Positions 8,447 to 16,811 of a stretch of 28,456 nucleotides of DNA are shown one piece after another. Origin of the DNA: a virus (lineage: Duplodnaviria; Caudoviricetes); IMG/VR virus record IMGVR_UViG_3300005524_000111, positions 1 to 28,456 of that record; one strand, given 5' to 3'. Positions within the stretch are counted from its first letter, which is position 1, and every line of letters begins with the position of its first letter. A program made the translations under genes and the position numbers. The notes beneath the pieces are model-generated. The model had not been told where the DNA came from and searched no databases. It worked only from the letters and a program-made list of their open reading frames with translations.

Positions 8447-8961
8447 GCGGACCGGGAAAGACGCTTGCCGAGCTCGCGGCCAAGGCGCGAGAGGAGCGGA
8501 AAAACCGCCCGATGCCAGAGAGCGGATGCGACCCAGACGCGACGCCGCTCTTCCCCGGCACGGATGAGCTCTCGCTTTTGTACGCGCGCGGAGCCGAGCT
8601 GGGAATGTCCCAGGACAAGGTCGATGTCATGCTGCGCGATGCCGGCACGTTGATGCGGAACGACGACGCAGGACCCGTCCTATACAACGCCGATGGATTC
8701 ACCTGGGAGCGTTACAACTCGGTGCTTGGCCGTCTCGGGGAAGGGCCCTCTCGCGAGTCCGCGCAGAAAGCTCCTTGCTGGAGCATTGACGAGGATGCGT
8801 TCGGAGCGTGGTACGCGGAACAGCCACCCGACGTCCAGGAGCTCTTGCCGGTCCGGCTCGAGGAACGCATTGTCGTGGTGGTCGACGACTGGGAGCCGAT
8901 CCTGGCAATGGCCGCTGAAGGGCACGAGATAGGCGGCGTCACGCCGAAGGAGGCGTCATGA
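8443..8961 (+). CDS. Hypothetical phage protein
   Basis: ATGA-coupled, GGAGG RBS, 172 aa. Confidence 0.7.
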   Translation: MSGPGKTLAELAAKAREERKNRPMPESGCDPDATPLFPGTDELSLLYARGAELGMSQDKVDVMLRDAGTLMRNDDAGPVLYNADGFTWERYNSVLGRLGEGPSRESAQKAPCWSIDEDAFGAWYAEQPPDVQELLPVRLEERIVVVVDDWEPILAMAAEGHEIGGVTPKEAS

Positions 8962-9299
8962 ATGACATATACGAGCGGGCGCTCGCGGTCGCAAGGATAG
9001 TCGCATTCGGGTACGGGTATGCCATCGGGCTGCATGGGTCGGGCGTGCGCGACTTGGATTTGATCGCAGCGCCCTGGACGGATGGCGCGATAGACGGGCA
9101 CGACTTCGTCCGGGCCGTGGCGTGCGCCTACAAGTTTGAATTTCCGAACGCATATTTGCACGACGCAGATGAGGCGCTTAAAGACCCGTCCTGGCCGGCG
9201 CCAGCACAGAAGCCCCACGGCCGCGTCGCTTACACGATCCATTTGAGCCCTAACCTGCACGTGGATATATCGGTCATGCCAAGAATGGAGGCGTCATGA
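8958..9299 (+). CDS. Minimal nucleotidyltransferase-like phage protein
   Basis: hGS-x-DxD motif 'GLHGSGVRDLDLIAAPW' and a third Asp in 'HVDISV', matching the Pol-beta NTase pattern. Confidence 0.6.
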   Translation: MNDIYERALAVARIVAFGYGYAIGLHGSGVRDLDLIAAPWTDGAIDGHDFVRAVACAYKFEFPNAYLHDADEALKDPSWPAPAQKPHGRVAYTIHLSPNLHVDISVMPRMEAS

Positions 9300-9679
9300 G
9301 ATCGCAGATCGAAGCAGACATCGGCGGCCCGGGCCCGCAGCTGCGCCCGTTCGTGGCCGCATTCGCCGCCGAGATGGAGCGACGGCTCGTCGAGGCTGAG
9401 ACCGTCAGTCAGGGCACAAGCGTGGACCTGTGCGCCGAGACGGTCCCGCGGCTCATCAACCTTGTGCAGCTATCCTTTCGGCGGCTGCTCGAGGCCGGGC
9501 ACGACCCCGACCTGCGCGAAGTGCTCGCGCTAATGGCCGATTGCGCGCTGTGTTGCGCAATCATCGCGAAAAAAGAAGGAGCGATAACTCATGAGGTATG
9601 GAAACTGGGTCAAAGCCGTCGACCCTCACAGGAGCCCGAGCCGGATCCGGATTGGGACCCGCGCGCTAATTGTATTTAG
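9296..9679 (+). CDS. Hypothetical protein, distantly like phage MazG-type all-helical proteins
   Basis: 'FAAEMERRL ... MADCALCCAIIA' echoes the EAADVANFAMMIAD-type motif, but acidic residues are degraded. Confidence 0.5.
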   Translation: MRSQIEADIGGPGPQLRPFVAAFAAEMERRLVEAETVSQGTSVDLCAETVPRLINLVQLSFRRLLEAGHDPDLREVLALMADCALCCAIIAKKEGAITHEVWKLGQSRRPSQEPEPDPDWDPRANCI

Positions 9680-10136
9680 CCTTTGCCTGTCGCTCGCATC
9701 GCCGGCGGTCGCGAGCGGGGGCGGAGCCGGATGCGCGGGCTGTTTTTACGGGAGACCGCTATCGCAGGTCCAGGACCTCCGCGGGTCGAACGCGCCCGAC
9801 GACCAGGACGAGGTCGCCGGCTCAAAAACGACCATCAGCAACGGCGTCTTCAGAAACAAGATGACGATCTTGGGGCTGGTGCGCACGCATCGCAGGGCGC
9901 GGTCTTGGAAGACGGCCAAGCTGGTCCCCGGGAAAGAGACGGCCTGGTTCTATACGGTCCTGAAGCCGGACGGCTCGGTAATTACGAAGGAAGCGGATCA
10001 CCGCTTGCCCGGCGTGCGCGACGACCGTCCCTGGAAGGAGCGGCGACCGAACTGCTGGACAGTATGGCAGCTCTTGACGTTCAGCGTCCCGCCGACGGTC
10101 GGACTGGGCGCGGGCTTTTTGGCAGCAAGAAGGTAA
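9591..10136 (+). CDS. Hypothetical exported/membrane protein
   Basis: AGAAGGAG RBS, hydrophobic ALIVFSLCLSLASPAVA, hydrophobic C-terminus ending RR; overlaps the previous gene by 89 nt. Confidence 0.6.
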   Translation: MRYGNWVKAVDPHRSPSRIRIGTRALIVFSLCLSLASPAVASGGGAGCAGCFYGRPLSQVQDLRGSNAPDDQDEVAGSKTTISNGVFRNKMTILGLVRTHRRARSWKTAKLVPGKETAWFYTVLKPDGSVITKEADHRLPGVRDDRPWKERRPNCWTVWQLLTFSVPPTVGLGAGFLAARR

Positions 10137-10145
10137 GGAGGAACG

Positions 10146-10457
10146 ATGCAGACGACACCCACGGCTGAGACGGTCTCGGCAGCTCTCGACTCGATCAATC
10201 GATATCACGGATTGCTGACGCAAGCCGACGGACGCAGCGCCTACATGATCCTGGACGACGCGCGCGACGCATACAACGGTCTCCGGCGAGCCGTCGGCCC
10301 GTTCAGCGGAGCGCTCGACGAGCTGCTCACGCGGCTGGACGGCGGCGACGTGTCGCCGGAGCTGGCCGGGCTGATCGAGTCTCTTAAGGCGGACACCGCA
10401 ACGATGCTCGAAGGCGTCCGCGCCGTGGGTCTTGCTCTCGCGGGAGAGGCGGCATGA
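10146..10457 (+). CDS. Hypothetical protein
   Basis: TAAGGAGG RBS, 103 aa helical, coupled to rusA. Confidence 0.7.
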   Translation: MQTTPTAETVSAALDSINRYHGLLTQADGRSAYMILDDARDAYNGLRRAVGPFSGALDELLTRLDGGDVSPELAGLIESLKADTATMLEGVRAVGLALAGEAA

Positions 10458-10939
10458 TCCGCATCGAGGTCGTCGGAATCCCGCAGCCTGGCGGGAGCAA
10501 GATCGGCGGCGTGAACAGGTCGACGGGGCGGATGTTCGTGCGCCCGGATAACCCGAAGACGAAATACTGGCGAGGCGACGTCCAGGCGGCCGCCGTCGCG
10601 CAGTATTCAGGCGCTCCGGTAGACGGCCCGCTCGCCATGAGCTGCAAATTCCGCTTCCCGCGTCCGAAGTCCCACTTCCGGACCGGAAAGAACGCACACC
10701 TGCTGAAGGAGTCGGCGCCCATATGGCACGTCACGAAGCCCGACCTCACGAAGATACTCAGATCAACGGAGGATGCGCTGACAGGCATTACCTGGCTCGA
10801 CGATTCACAGATCGCGTCACGCGAGGCGGAAAAGCGCTATTGCCTGCCGGGCGAGCGGCCGGGCGTGACCATTGAGATCCATCGGATGCAGACGAAGACG
10901 GTCGCGGAGGCTGTCAAAGGAGGCGACATTGGGGATTAA
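10454..10939 (+). CDS. rusA: RusA-family Holliday junction resolvase
   Basis: G.PQPGGSK, F.FPRPKSH, KPDLTKILRSTEDALTGITWLDDSQI, KRY motifs. Confidence 0.92.
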   Translation: MIRIEVVGIPQPGGSKIGGVNRSTGRMFVRPDNPKTKYWRGDVQAAAVAQYSGAPVDGPLAMSCKFRFPRPKSHFRTGKNAHLLKESAPIWHVTKPDLTKILRSTEDALTGITWLDDSQIASREAEKRYCLPGERPGVTIEIHRMQTKTVAEAVKGGDIGD

Positions 10940-11375
10940 TGCATACAACGACATTCTGAAGCGCCAGGCAGCGCGCAAGGCGATTAGGAAGTGTCTGGCC
11001 GAGCTGCCGACGCCACTCATTACTGATGAGGATGCAATCAAGGAACACGCAAAGTCCATCCAGAAGCTGCGCTCGGCGTACCTAGATTGCTGCAGCTTCG
11101 TCGACTGGGACATCGACGTCCTGCGCCGCGCGATCTCCAATATCGTGCCGCGCGACAAGGACATCGAAAACCTGGTAGGCATCGCGCAGGACGAGGTCCC
11201 GCTTGACGCGAAACTGCGCGAGAAGCTGGAGAAGGCCGAGGCGGATGACGCGAAGAAGACCGGCGACGTGCCGGGACAGACAAAACTCGACTTCAAGTCC
11301 GGAAAGGGCAAGGTCAAGGACGACGGCGCGACGGCGGAGGCGGCTGGTCCGGTGAAGACTGGCAAGCTGGCATAG
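10929..11375 (+). CDS. Hypothetical protein
   Basis: TTG start at 10929 after AAAGGAGG; charged helical protein. Confidence 0.65.
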   Translation: MGINAYNDILKRQAARKAIRKCLAELPTPLITDEDAIKEHAKSIQKLRSAYLDCCSFVDWDIDVLRRAISNIVPRDKDIENLVGIAQDEVPLDAKLREKLEKAEADDAKKTGDVPGQTKLDFKSGKGKVKDDGATAEAAGPVKTGKLA

Positions 11376-11382
11376 CCGCGTC

Positions 11383-11427
11383 CAGGACCTCCAGGACGAT
11401 CTGCCGCTGTCGATCCTGGAGGTCCTG
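11383..11427. other. Strong intergenic hairpin (perfect 14-bp stem)
   Basis: CAGGACCTCCAGGA (11383-11396) / TCCTGGAGGTCCTG (11414-11427); no U-tract on either strand. Confidence 0.75.
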
Positions 11428-11556
11428 CCGGAGCTCCGAGACGTACGCCAGCCCAATGAATGCGAGCTCAATCCGAAATCTCAGAATGTCTAGATCCCCA
11501 TCCACATTGTCAATATTCCCGCCGCAGCTGCCGGCAGAGCCAGAAGGAGATTAAAA

Positions 11557-11805
11557 GTGGAACTCGCTCCCAGGCTCTGCGCCGTGTGCCAGCGCCCCTT
11601 CGACCATAAAGAAGAACGGCTCGAGTTCGGCGAGACCGCGTTCTTCCACGTTGATGACGGGGAGAAGTGCATCCGGCGATCCGAGCGTCCCCAGGAGCGC
11701 ATTCCGCTCTGGGCGTGCGCCCAATATGGAGGCATGCACCTGCCGCATATGTGCAGGACCTGTAACCGGGCATACGACCGATTCAAGGAGGAATTTCAGC
11801 GATGA
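11557..11805 (+). CDS. Small Cys/His-rich hypothetical protein
   Basis: AGAAGGAG RBS, GTG start, CAVC...C...C...HMCRTC. Confidence 0.65.
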   Translation: MELAPRLCAVCQRPFDHKEERLEFGETAFFHVDDGEKCIRRSERPQERIPLWACAQYGGMHLPHMCRTCNRAYDRFKEEFQR

Positions 11806-12074
11806 CGCGATCAAGGGGCGAAAAACGGGGCGGCATGACCGTCTCGCGCGAAGTGGGGCACAGGATCGCGAGGGCGCGGCTGTATGCCGGACTCACGCAG
11901 CTACAACTGGCGGCCAAGATCGGCGTCGTCCGCCAGACGATCCAGGAATGGGAGAACGGACATACGTCCGTCAGCGTCGATCGGCTCTTCCAGGTGGCCG
12001 AGGCCCTGGGCGCGGATCCTGCGACGCTTCTGCCGGCAGCGGCGCCCATTGATGGCGGGAGGGCGGAGCCATGA
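11802..12074 (+). CDS. XRE-family HTH transcriptional regulator
   Basis: VGHRIARAR..AGLTQLQLAAKIGVVRQTIQEWENG...VAEALG. Alternative start at 11835. Confidence 0.9.
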   Translation: MTRSRGEKRGGMTVSREVGHRIARARLYAGLTQLQLAAKIGVVRQTIQEWENGHTSVSVDRLFQVAEALGADPATLLPAAAPIDGGRAEP

Positions 12075-12460
12075 GAGAAGTGGTCGAGGTCCTGGGCGTG
12101 TCGCTGCTCGTCGAGGCGCCGAACAAGGGGTACTCGCGCATCGTGATGCTGTCCGATGCGGCCAGGCTCGCGAAGCGCTATCTGCGACTGAAGTTCCCGT
12201 CGGCGAAGTTCAAAATAAACACGCGACGCCTTTCCGTGCCGACCGCGCACGGGAGTGAGCGACGCTCATGGCTCTTCGTCCGTTTCCACAGCCCGCGGGT
12301 CACGCGCGAGGAGGTCGAGGAGACGCTCTGGCCATTCATCGGATATCAGGGACCGGCCGAGAGCCCGCGGCTGCTCGCGGTCGGAGGCAAGAAGTTGTTC
12401 TCGCCGATCGACCACGTCGAGGTGGTCAATTCGGCAGATCTGTTGAGGGCAGGGGCATGA
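12071..12460 (+). CDS. Hypothetical protein, LPD29-like
   Basis: 'AARLAKRYLRLKFPSAKFKI...VTREEVEETL..F.G' resembles the LPD29 pattern from memory; unverified. Confidence 0.5.
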   Translation: MREVVEVLGVSLLVEAPNKGYSRIVMLSDAARLAKRYLRLKFPSAKFKINTRRLSVPTAHGSERRSWLFVRFHSPRVTREEVEETLWPFIGYQGPAESPRLLAVGGKKLFSPIDHVEVVNSADLLRAGA

Positions 12461-12660
12461 ATCCGGCGTTCTCGGCGCAGCGAGTCGTCGGCGGCGTCCT
12501 CGAGAAGCGCTGTCCGAAATGCCGCGAATGGCTGCCGGCCGACCGCGACTTCTTCTTCGCGAACCGGACCGCAACCCTCGGGTTGTCGGTCTATTGCAAG
12601 CCTTGCCAGACCGAATACGTCGCAGCGGCGAGAACGCGCAAGGAGGCGATCGCATCATGA
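12457..12660 (+). CDS. Small zinc-finger protein
   Basis: KRCPKC.EWLP...FF...GLSVYCKPC, the zinc module often found N-terminal of phage nucleases; ATGA-coupled on both sides. Confidence 0.75.
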   Translation: MNPAFSAQRVVGGVLEKRCPKCREWLPADRDFFFANRTATLGLSVYCKPCQTEYVAAARTRKEAIAS

Positions 12661-12944
12661 CTTCCGCCGATGCCCTCCGGATCATCCAGGACGCCGTCGA
12701 CTTCGCCGCGTCGGCCATCGAGCCGCACGAGGAGAACGAGCTCCGGGCGGCCTGGGCGACCGTCAAGGCGGATCACCTGTTGATCGAAAAGCTGCGCACG
12801 CTGCAGCCGGGCGCATCCATCGGTCGGAACGAACGTGGCGAGTGGCAGATCAAGAGCCTGCGCAGGGCGGGCCTGTTGATCGTAAAGGACATCGAGGGCG
12901 CAATCCGCCACGCGCGGACGTACTGCGAGGGCATAATTCAGTGA
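12657..12944 (+). CDS. Hypothetical protein
   Basis: AAGGAGG RBS, ATGA coupling, begins MTSADALRII. Confidence 0.65.
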   Translation: MTSADALRIIQDAVDFAASAIEPHEENELRAAWATVKADHLLIEKLRTLQPGASIGRNERGEWQIKSLRRAGLLIVKDIEGAIRHARTYCEGIIQ

Positions 12945-14413
12945 AGGGACAGGCACAAGTGGAAGCCAGGGGCCAAGAGCAGGGACGCGAGGACCGTGTC
13001 ATTCGCGCGCCACACTCCGCGGAGACGGAGCGCGCGGTGCTCGGGGCTCTCCTCGTCCTCGGCTCGATCGAGCGCGTCTCGTCCATCCTTAAAGCAGAGA
13101 TGTTCTTCGCCGCCGGGCACCGCCGGATCTATGAGGCCATGGAGGCGCTCACGGAGATTGGCGAGCCGATCGACTTCATCTCGCTAGCTCGAGCGTTAGA
13201 GATCCACGATTGCCTGGAGACCGTCGGTGGCCGCCTGTATCTCGTCGGACTCGCGGACGCGGTGCCGACGACCGCCAACCTGGAGTTTCATGCGAAGGCG
13301 GTGCGGCGTGACTGGGTCCGGCGCGAGCTGATGCGCGACGCGGTGAAGCAGAAGACGCAGGCCCTTAACTGCGGGGACGACGAGCTGCAGGACTTCCTCA
13401 ATAAGCGGGCAGCGACGCTTTGCGAGTTCTCCGCCAAGGCGCTCGGTGGGGGCGCCGGCGGCACGGAGGACCAGGTCGGCCGATGGCTCGATCTGATCGA
13501 CCGACGGTTCGAGAAACAGGGCGAGCTCTTGGGCGTCGCCAGCGGGTTCATCGACGTCGACAAGATTACCCATGGCTTTCAGCCCGGTCAGCTCGTGATC
13601 ATCTTCGGTCGACCTGGAATGTGCAAGACTGACGTCGCGACGTCGATCGCGGCCAATATCGCGCTTCGTGGTCCGAGCACGGATTACGTCGCGTTCTTCT
13701 CGCTGGAGATGTCCGAGACCGAGATCGTGGACCGCCTGGCCTGCGCCTACACGCCGGTCCAGAAGGAGCGGCTCAAACTGGGGCAGCTCGACAAGGACGA
13801 CTTCGACGAGATTCACCTCTTTGCCGACAGGCTGTCCCGCAGCAAGCTGGAAATTATCGCGGAGGGCGTCTACACGGTGCCGGACGTTGAGGCGGCTATC
13901 CGGCGTATGACGGCGCGGGACCGGAAGCCTTGCGTCGCAATCATTGATTACTTGCAGATCATGAAGGGTGAACGGCGCGAGAACCGGCAGGTCGAGGTCG
14001 CGGAGATCGCCAAGGACCTGAAGGACCTGGCCAAGCGTCTCAAGATACCGGTCATCGCGCTCGCCCAGGCGTCCAGGGCGTGCGAAGACAGGCAGGACAA
14101 GCGGCCGCTGCTTTCGGACCTGCGGGAGAGCGGCGATCTCGAGAACAACGCCGACATGGCGATCGCCATCTACCGCGATGAATACTATTACGAGGACACG
14201 CCCAGGAAGGGCATCGTCGAGCTGATCTTTCGGAAGAATCGCGACGGCGCACCCGGGACCGCCTATTTGAGGTATGACCCCTCGCGGGCCTTTCTCGGCG
14301 ACTGGGACCCGGCGTTGCCGGTCCCGGAGCCGCACCGCGAGAAGCCGGCGCCGAAGAAGCGCAGGGGTAAAGGAAACGCGGGGGCGGATTATGCCACCGC
14401 AGATGATGACTGA
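12941..14413 (+). CDS. dnaB: Replicative DNA helicase, DnaB family (phage-encoded)
   Basis: PHSAETERAVLGALL N-domain, FFSLEMS, IIDYLQIM, LKDLAKRLKIPVIALAQ, RPLLSDLRESG.LE..AD, KNRDG. GTG start coupled to the upstream TGA. Walker A reads GRPGMCKT. Confidence 0.95.
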   Translation: MKGQAQVEARGQEQGREDRVIRAPHSAETERAVLGALLVLGSIERVSSILKAEMFFAAGHRRIYEAMEALTEIGEPIDFISLARALEIHDCLETVGGRLYLVGLADAVPTTANLEFHAKAVRRDWVRRELMRDAVKQKTQALNCGDDELQDFLNKRAATLCEFSAKALGGGAGGTEDQVGRWLDLIDRRFEKQGELLGVASGFIDVDKITHGFQPGQLVIIFGRPGMCKTDVATSIAANIALRGPSTDYVAFFSLEMSETEIVDRLACAYTPVQKERLKLGQLDKDDFDEIHLFADRLSRSKLEIIAEGVYTVPDVEAAIRRMTARDRKPCVAIIDYLQIMKGERRENRQVEVAEIAKDLKDLAKRLKIPVIALAQASRACEDRQDKRPLLSDLRESGDLENNADMAIAIYRDEYYYEDTPRKGIVELIFRKNRDGAPGTAYLRYDPSRAFLGDWDPALPVPEPHREKPAPKKRRGKGNAGADYATADDD

Positions 14414-14433
14414 AGTCATCGAAGGGGGTAGAA

Positions 14434-14655
14434 ATGCATAAGAAAGTGCTTATTTCTTTGCCACCAGGCTTGCTCGAGCGGATCGACCTCGTGGCCCAAT
14501 GCGAGCACCGGACCCGGAGCGATCTGGTCCGCGAGTCGCTGCGCCGTTACATCGACAATTTCAAGCAGCAAAACGCGCCGCGGTCGTCCGCCCCGGCGTC
14601 CGGGTTTGGCGCGAGCACGGACGGATTCCGGATATTTGAGACGGTGCCGGAATAA
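14434..14655 (+). CDS. Ribbon-helix-helix (CopG-like) regulator
   Basis: KVLISLPPGLLERIDLVA..E.RTRSDLVRESLRRYI. Confidence 0.88.
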   Translation: MHKKVLISLPPGLLERIDLVAQCEHRTRSDLVRESLRRYIDNFKQQNAPRSSAPASGFGASTDGFRIFETVPE

Positions 14656-14665
14656 AGGAGGGATC

Positions 14666-14872
14666 GTGAACAATCAATCGCTGTGCCGCTCGTGCGGCGC
14701 GCAGATCATCTGGTTTAAGACTGATGCAGGAAAGAATATGCCCGTTGACGCTGAGACCGTTGAGGTCGGCGACCTGGAGCTTGACCTGACCCGTCATGTC
14801 AGCCACTTCTCGAGCTGTCCCGAGGCGGCTAAGTGGAGGAAGGGAAAGACCGCGGCGAAGGCCGCCGAATAA
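14666..14872 (+). CDS. Small zinc-binding phage protein
   Basis: AAAGGAGG RBS, GTG start, CRSCGAQIIW.KT.AGK.MPVD...SHFSSCP.A.KWR. Confidence 0.8.
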   Translation: MNNQSLCRSCGAQIIWFKTDAGKNMPVDAETVEVGDLELDLTRHVSHFSSCPEAAKWRKGKTAAKAAE

Positions 14873-14883
14873 GGAGGATCTAC

Positions 14884-15081
14884 ATGCTTTTCAAAATACT
14901 TCACTGGACGCTGCTCCCAATCTTCGCCCTGGGCGGCACGGCGCTCGGACAGGCTTTCGGGCCGTTCATCGGGTTCGGCGTCGGCGTGGCCGGGTGGGAG
15001 CACATGGGCGAGGCTCATGACCAGGCGATCGCCGAGAAGAAGGCGAAGACGGAGACGGAGGAGAAAGCAAGTGAACATTGA
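14884..15081 (+). CDS. Small membrane protein
   Basis: TAAGGAGG RBS; hydrophobic Gly-rich N-terminal ~37 aa and a charged tail. Confidence 0.7.
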   Translation: MLFKILHWTLLPIFALGGTALGQAFGPFIGFGVGVAGWEHMGEAHDQAIAEKKAKTETEEKASEH

Positions 15082-15262
15082 GATGGAGCGCAGGTGGAGG
15101 CGGGTCGAGCTCAACCGCAGCGCCGTGCGCGTCGACGTGAGGCTCAAAGGGCTTGAAATGGAGACCGAGCGGCTACTGCGCGAGCGGGAACATTACCTTC
15201 GGCGTTGCGAGCGGATTGGCGCGATCCGGAGGTGGGTGCGGGAGGAGGCTGCTGATGTTTGA
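15071..15262 (+). CDS. Small coiled-coil hypothetical protein
   Basis: GGAGGAG RBS, GTG start, fills the gap between coupled genes. Confidence 0.55.
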   Translation: MNIEMERRWRRVELNRSAVRVDVRLKGLEMETERLLREREHYLRRCERIGAIRRWVREEAADV

Positions 15263-15629
15263 ACGCATGACGGAGCTCGAGAAATATCGCATCCGCGGCG
15301 GCGAATGGGGGACAGAAAGTGGCGAACGGTGCGGGGCCTTCCTTGTTCCTTCGCCGGTCGGCTCGGCCTCGTTGCGGATTCTTGCCTGCAGCGCCGACGC
15401 GCAAGGGAACGAGAGCGATTGGGATCATGCCAGCGTGTCCGTCGGTGGTTCGCGAACGCCTAATTGGAGAGAAATGTGTTTCGTCAAGGATCTTTTTTGG
15501 CGCGAGGATGAGGTCGTCATGCAGCTCCACGTCGCGAAAGATGATCACGTGAATAGACATGAGTATTGCCTTCATCTTTGGAGGCCCGCGCGGGAGGCTA
15601 TTCCGTTGCCGCCGAAGGAAATGGTATGA
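15255..15629 (+). CDS. Conserved phage protein (DUF7694-like)
   Basis: WDHASVS...RTPNWREMCFVKDLFW.EDEVVMQLH....HVN.H.YCLHLWRP...IPLPP. Confidence 0.8.
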   Translation: MFERMTELEKYRIRGGEWGTESGERCGAFLVPSPVGSASLRILACSADAQGNESDWDHASVSVGGSRTPNWREMCFVKDLFWREDEVVMQLHVAKDDHVNRHEYCLHLWRPAREAIPLPPKEMV

Positions 15630-15645
15630 CAGCCGGGGAGGAGCC

Positions 15646-16239
15646 ATGAGAGAGAGAAAGAGAGAGAGAGAGAGGGCGGGACGCATGGAGCCGGGTATAG
15701 ACGCGCAGCTCGGCGACATTCGCGAGCGATTGATGCTGCTGCTGCTTAGCGCCCTGGGCGAGGCCGTCGCTCGGCTGTCTGAAGAGGTCGGTCCATCCGC
15801 CCCGATACCTCGAGGCGCGGAGACCGCCGCCGCGAAACCCGCCTCCTCGAATCAGCCGGCTGCCAGCCGCGGCGAACGCGCCAAATGTGCAACGTGCGGA
15901 ATAAGGCGTCCGAACAAGCGCAGCTCATCTGGGATCTGCGCGACGTGTCGTCGGGTGAGCAGCCGGTCGCGGTACAACGCGCAGGCCCCTGGTCCTGCCG
16001 CGGACGAGCGCGAGGAGTCCGAGCCGGTCATGGACGCAACGGTTCCCGCGCCTGTCCCGTTCCTCACTCGCGGCGCCCCGCTCCGCAAGTGCGCCGGCTG
16101 CTTGTGCCGCACGCTCGACATCCGGACCGGCATCTGTCGCGTCTGCACCGTGGAGCCCGTAGGCGAGCTGCCTGTGAAGAAGCTCGAACCTGGCGTGAGC
16201 GAAGGCGCGTATGAAATCTATCCGGGCATAGGGTATTAG
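15646..16239 (+). CDS. Hypothetical protein with two CxxC...CxxC zinc modules; last gene of the early operon
   Basis: GAGGAG RBS before ATG 15646 (alternative ATG 15685); CATC..CATC and CAGC..CRVC. Confidence 0.6.
   Translation: MRERKRERERAGRMEPGIDAQLGDIRERLMLLLLSALGEAVARLSEEVGPSAPIPRGAETAAAKPASSNQPAASRGERAKCATCGIRRPNKRSSSGICATCRRVSSRSRYNAQAPGPAADEREESEPVMDATVPAPVPFLTRGAPLRKCAGCLCRTLDIRTGICRVCTVEPVGELPVKKLEPGVSEGAYEIYPGIGY
15649..15674 (+). repeat. (AG)4-AA-(AG)8 simple sequence repeat
   Basis: Read directly from the sequence, immediately after ATG 15646. Confidence 0.9.
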
Positions 16240-16799
16240 TGCATATCGACCGGCTTCACCCAGCTGTAACCCATCGACGCCAGCCTCTTCGTTAACCGAT
16301 CCTCGCTCGCCGAATCCCTGGCGACGATAAGCTCGCCGGTCAGATAATAGAGGACGTCGGTGAGGCGCCGGCGCCACAATCCGAGCAAATGCCGGTGACG
16401 GCATCCGCAGTCGTAGAGCGGCATCGCCATGGCGGCGCTGCGCTTATTGCCCTTGTTGTGCTGTATGCCGGGACTGCCGACAAGCGGCGCCGTCCCGCAG
16501 TTGTATAGCAGATCGACAAACGCGCCGAGCTCGTGCCGGTCCGCCTTCCGGATAAGAGTCTGCGCGAGCCGTATGCGCGGCTTGAGGTCCTCCAGGAGCA
16601 GCTGCTCCGCCTCCTCGACAGTTAGCCCGTCCTTGAAGCGGCCGGTCCGCACCTCGTCCCGGCTCAGTACGTGCCCGAATCCGACGGTAAGGACGCCGGG
16701 CGCGTCGGCGGCGCCGTGATACGGATAAGACTTGCCTCCGATGACCCCGCCGCCGAAGGACTCGTATCCTTTGATGATGGCGATCAACGGATCCGTCAT
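16236..16799 (-). CDS. Endolysin, GH24 phage lysozyme
   Basis: IIKGYES (Glu), D-x5-T in DAPGVLTVGFGH, LTVEEAEQLL.EDL, AFVDLLYNCG, LLGLWRRR. No N-terminal signal or SAR segment. Confidence 0.92.
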   Translation of the reverse strand: MTDPLIAIIKGYESFGGGVIGGKSYPYHGAADAPGVLTVGFGHVLSRDEVRTGRFKDGLTVEEAEQLLLEDLKPRIRLAQTLIRKADRHELGAFVDLLYNCGTAPLVGSPGIQHNKGNKRSAAMAMPLYDCGCRHRHLLGLWRRRLTDVLYYLTGELIVARDSASEDRLTKRLASMGYSWVKPVDMH

Positions 16800-16811
16800 G
16801 AGAGCCCCCGA

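Noticed and set aside
13196-14419. 407-aa antisense ORF over dnaB and similar antisense ORFs across the tail genes
   Set aside because: Antisense shadows of strongly codon-biased genes, with no RBS or motifs.
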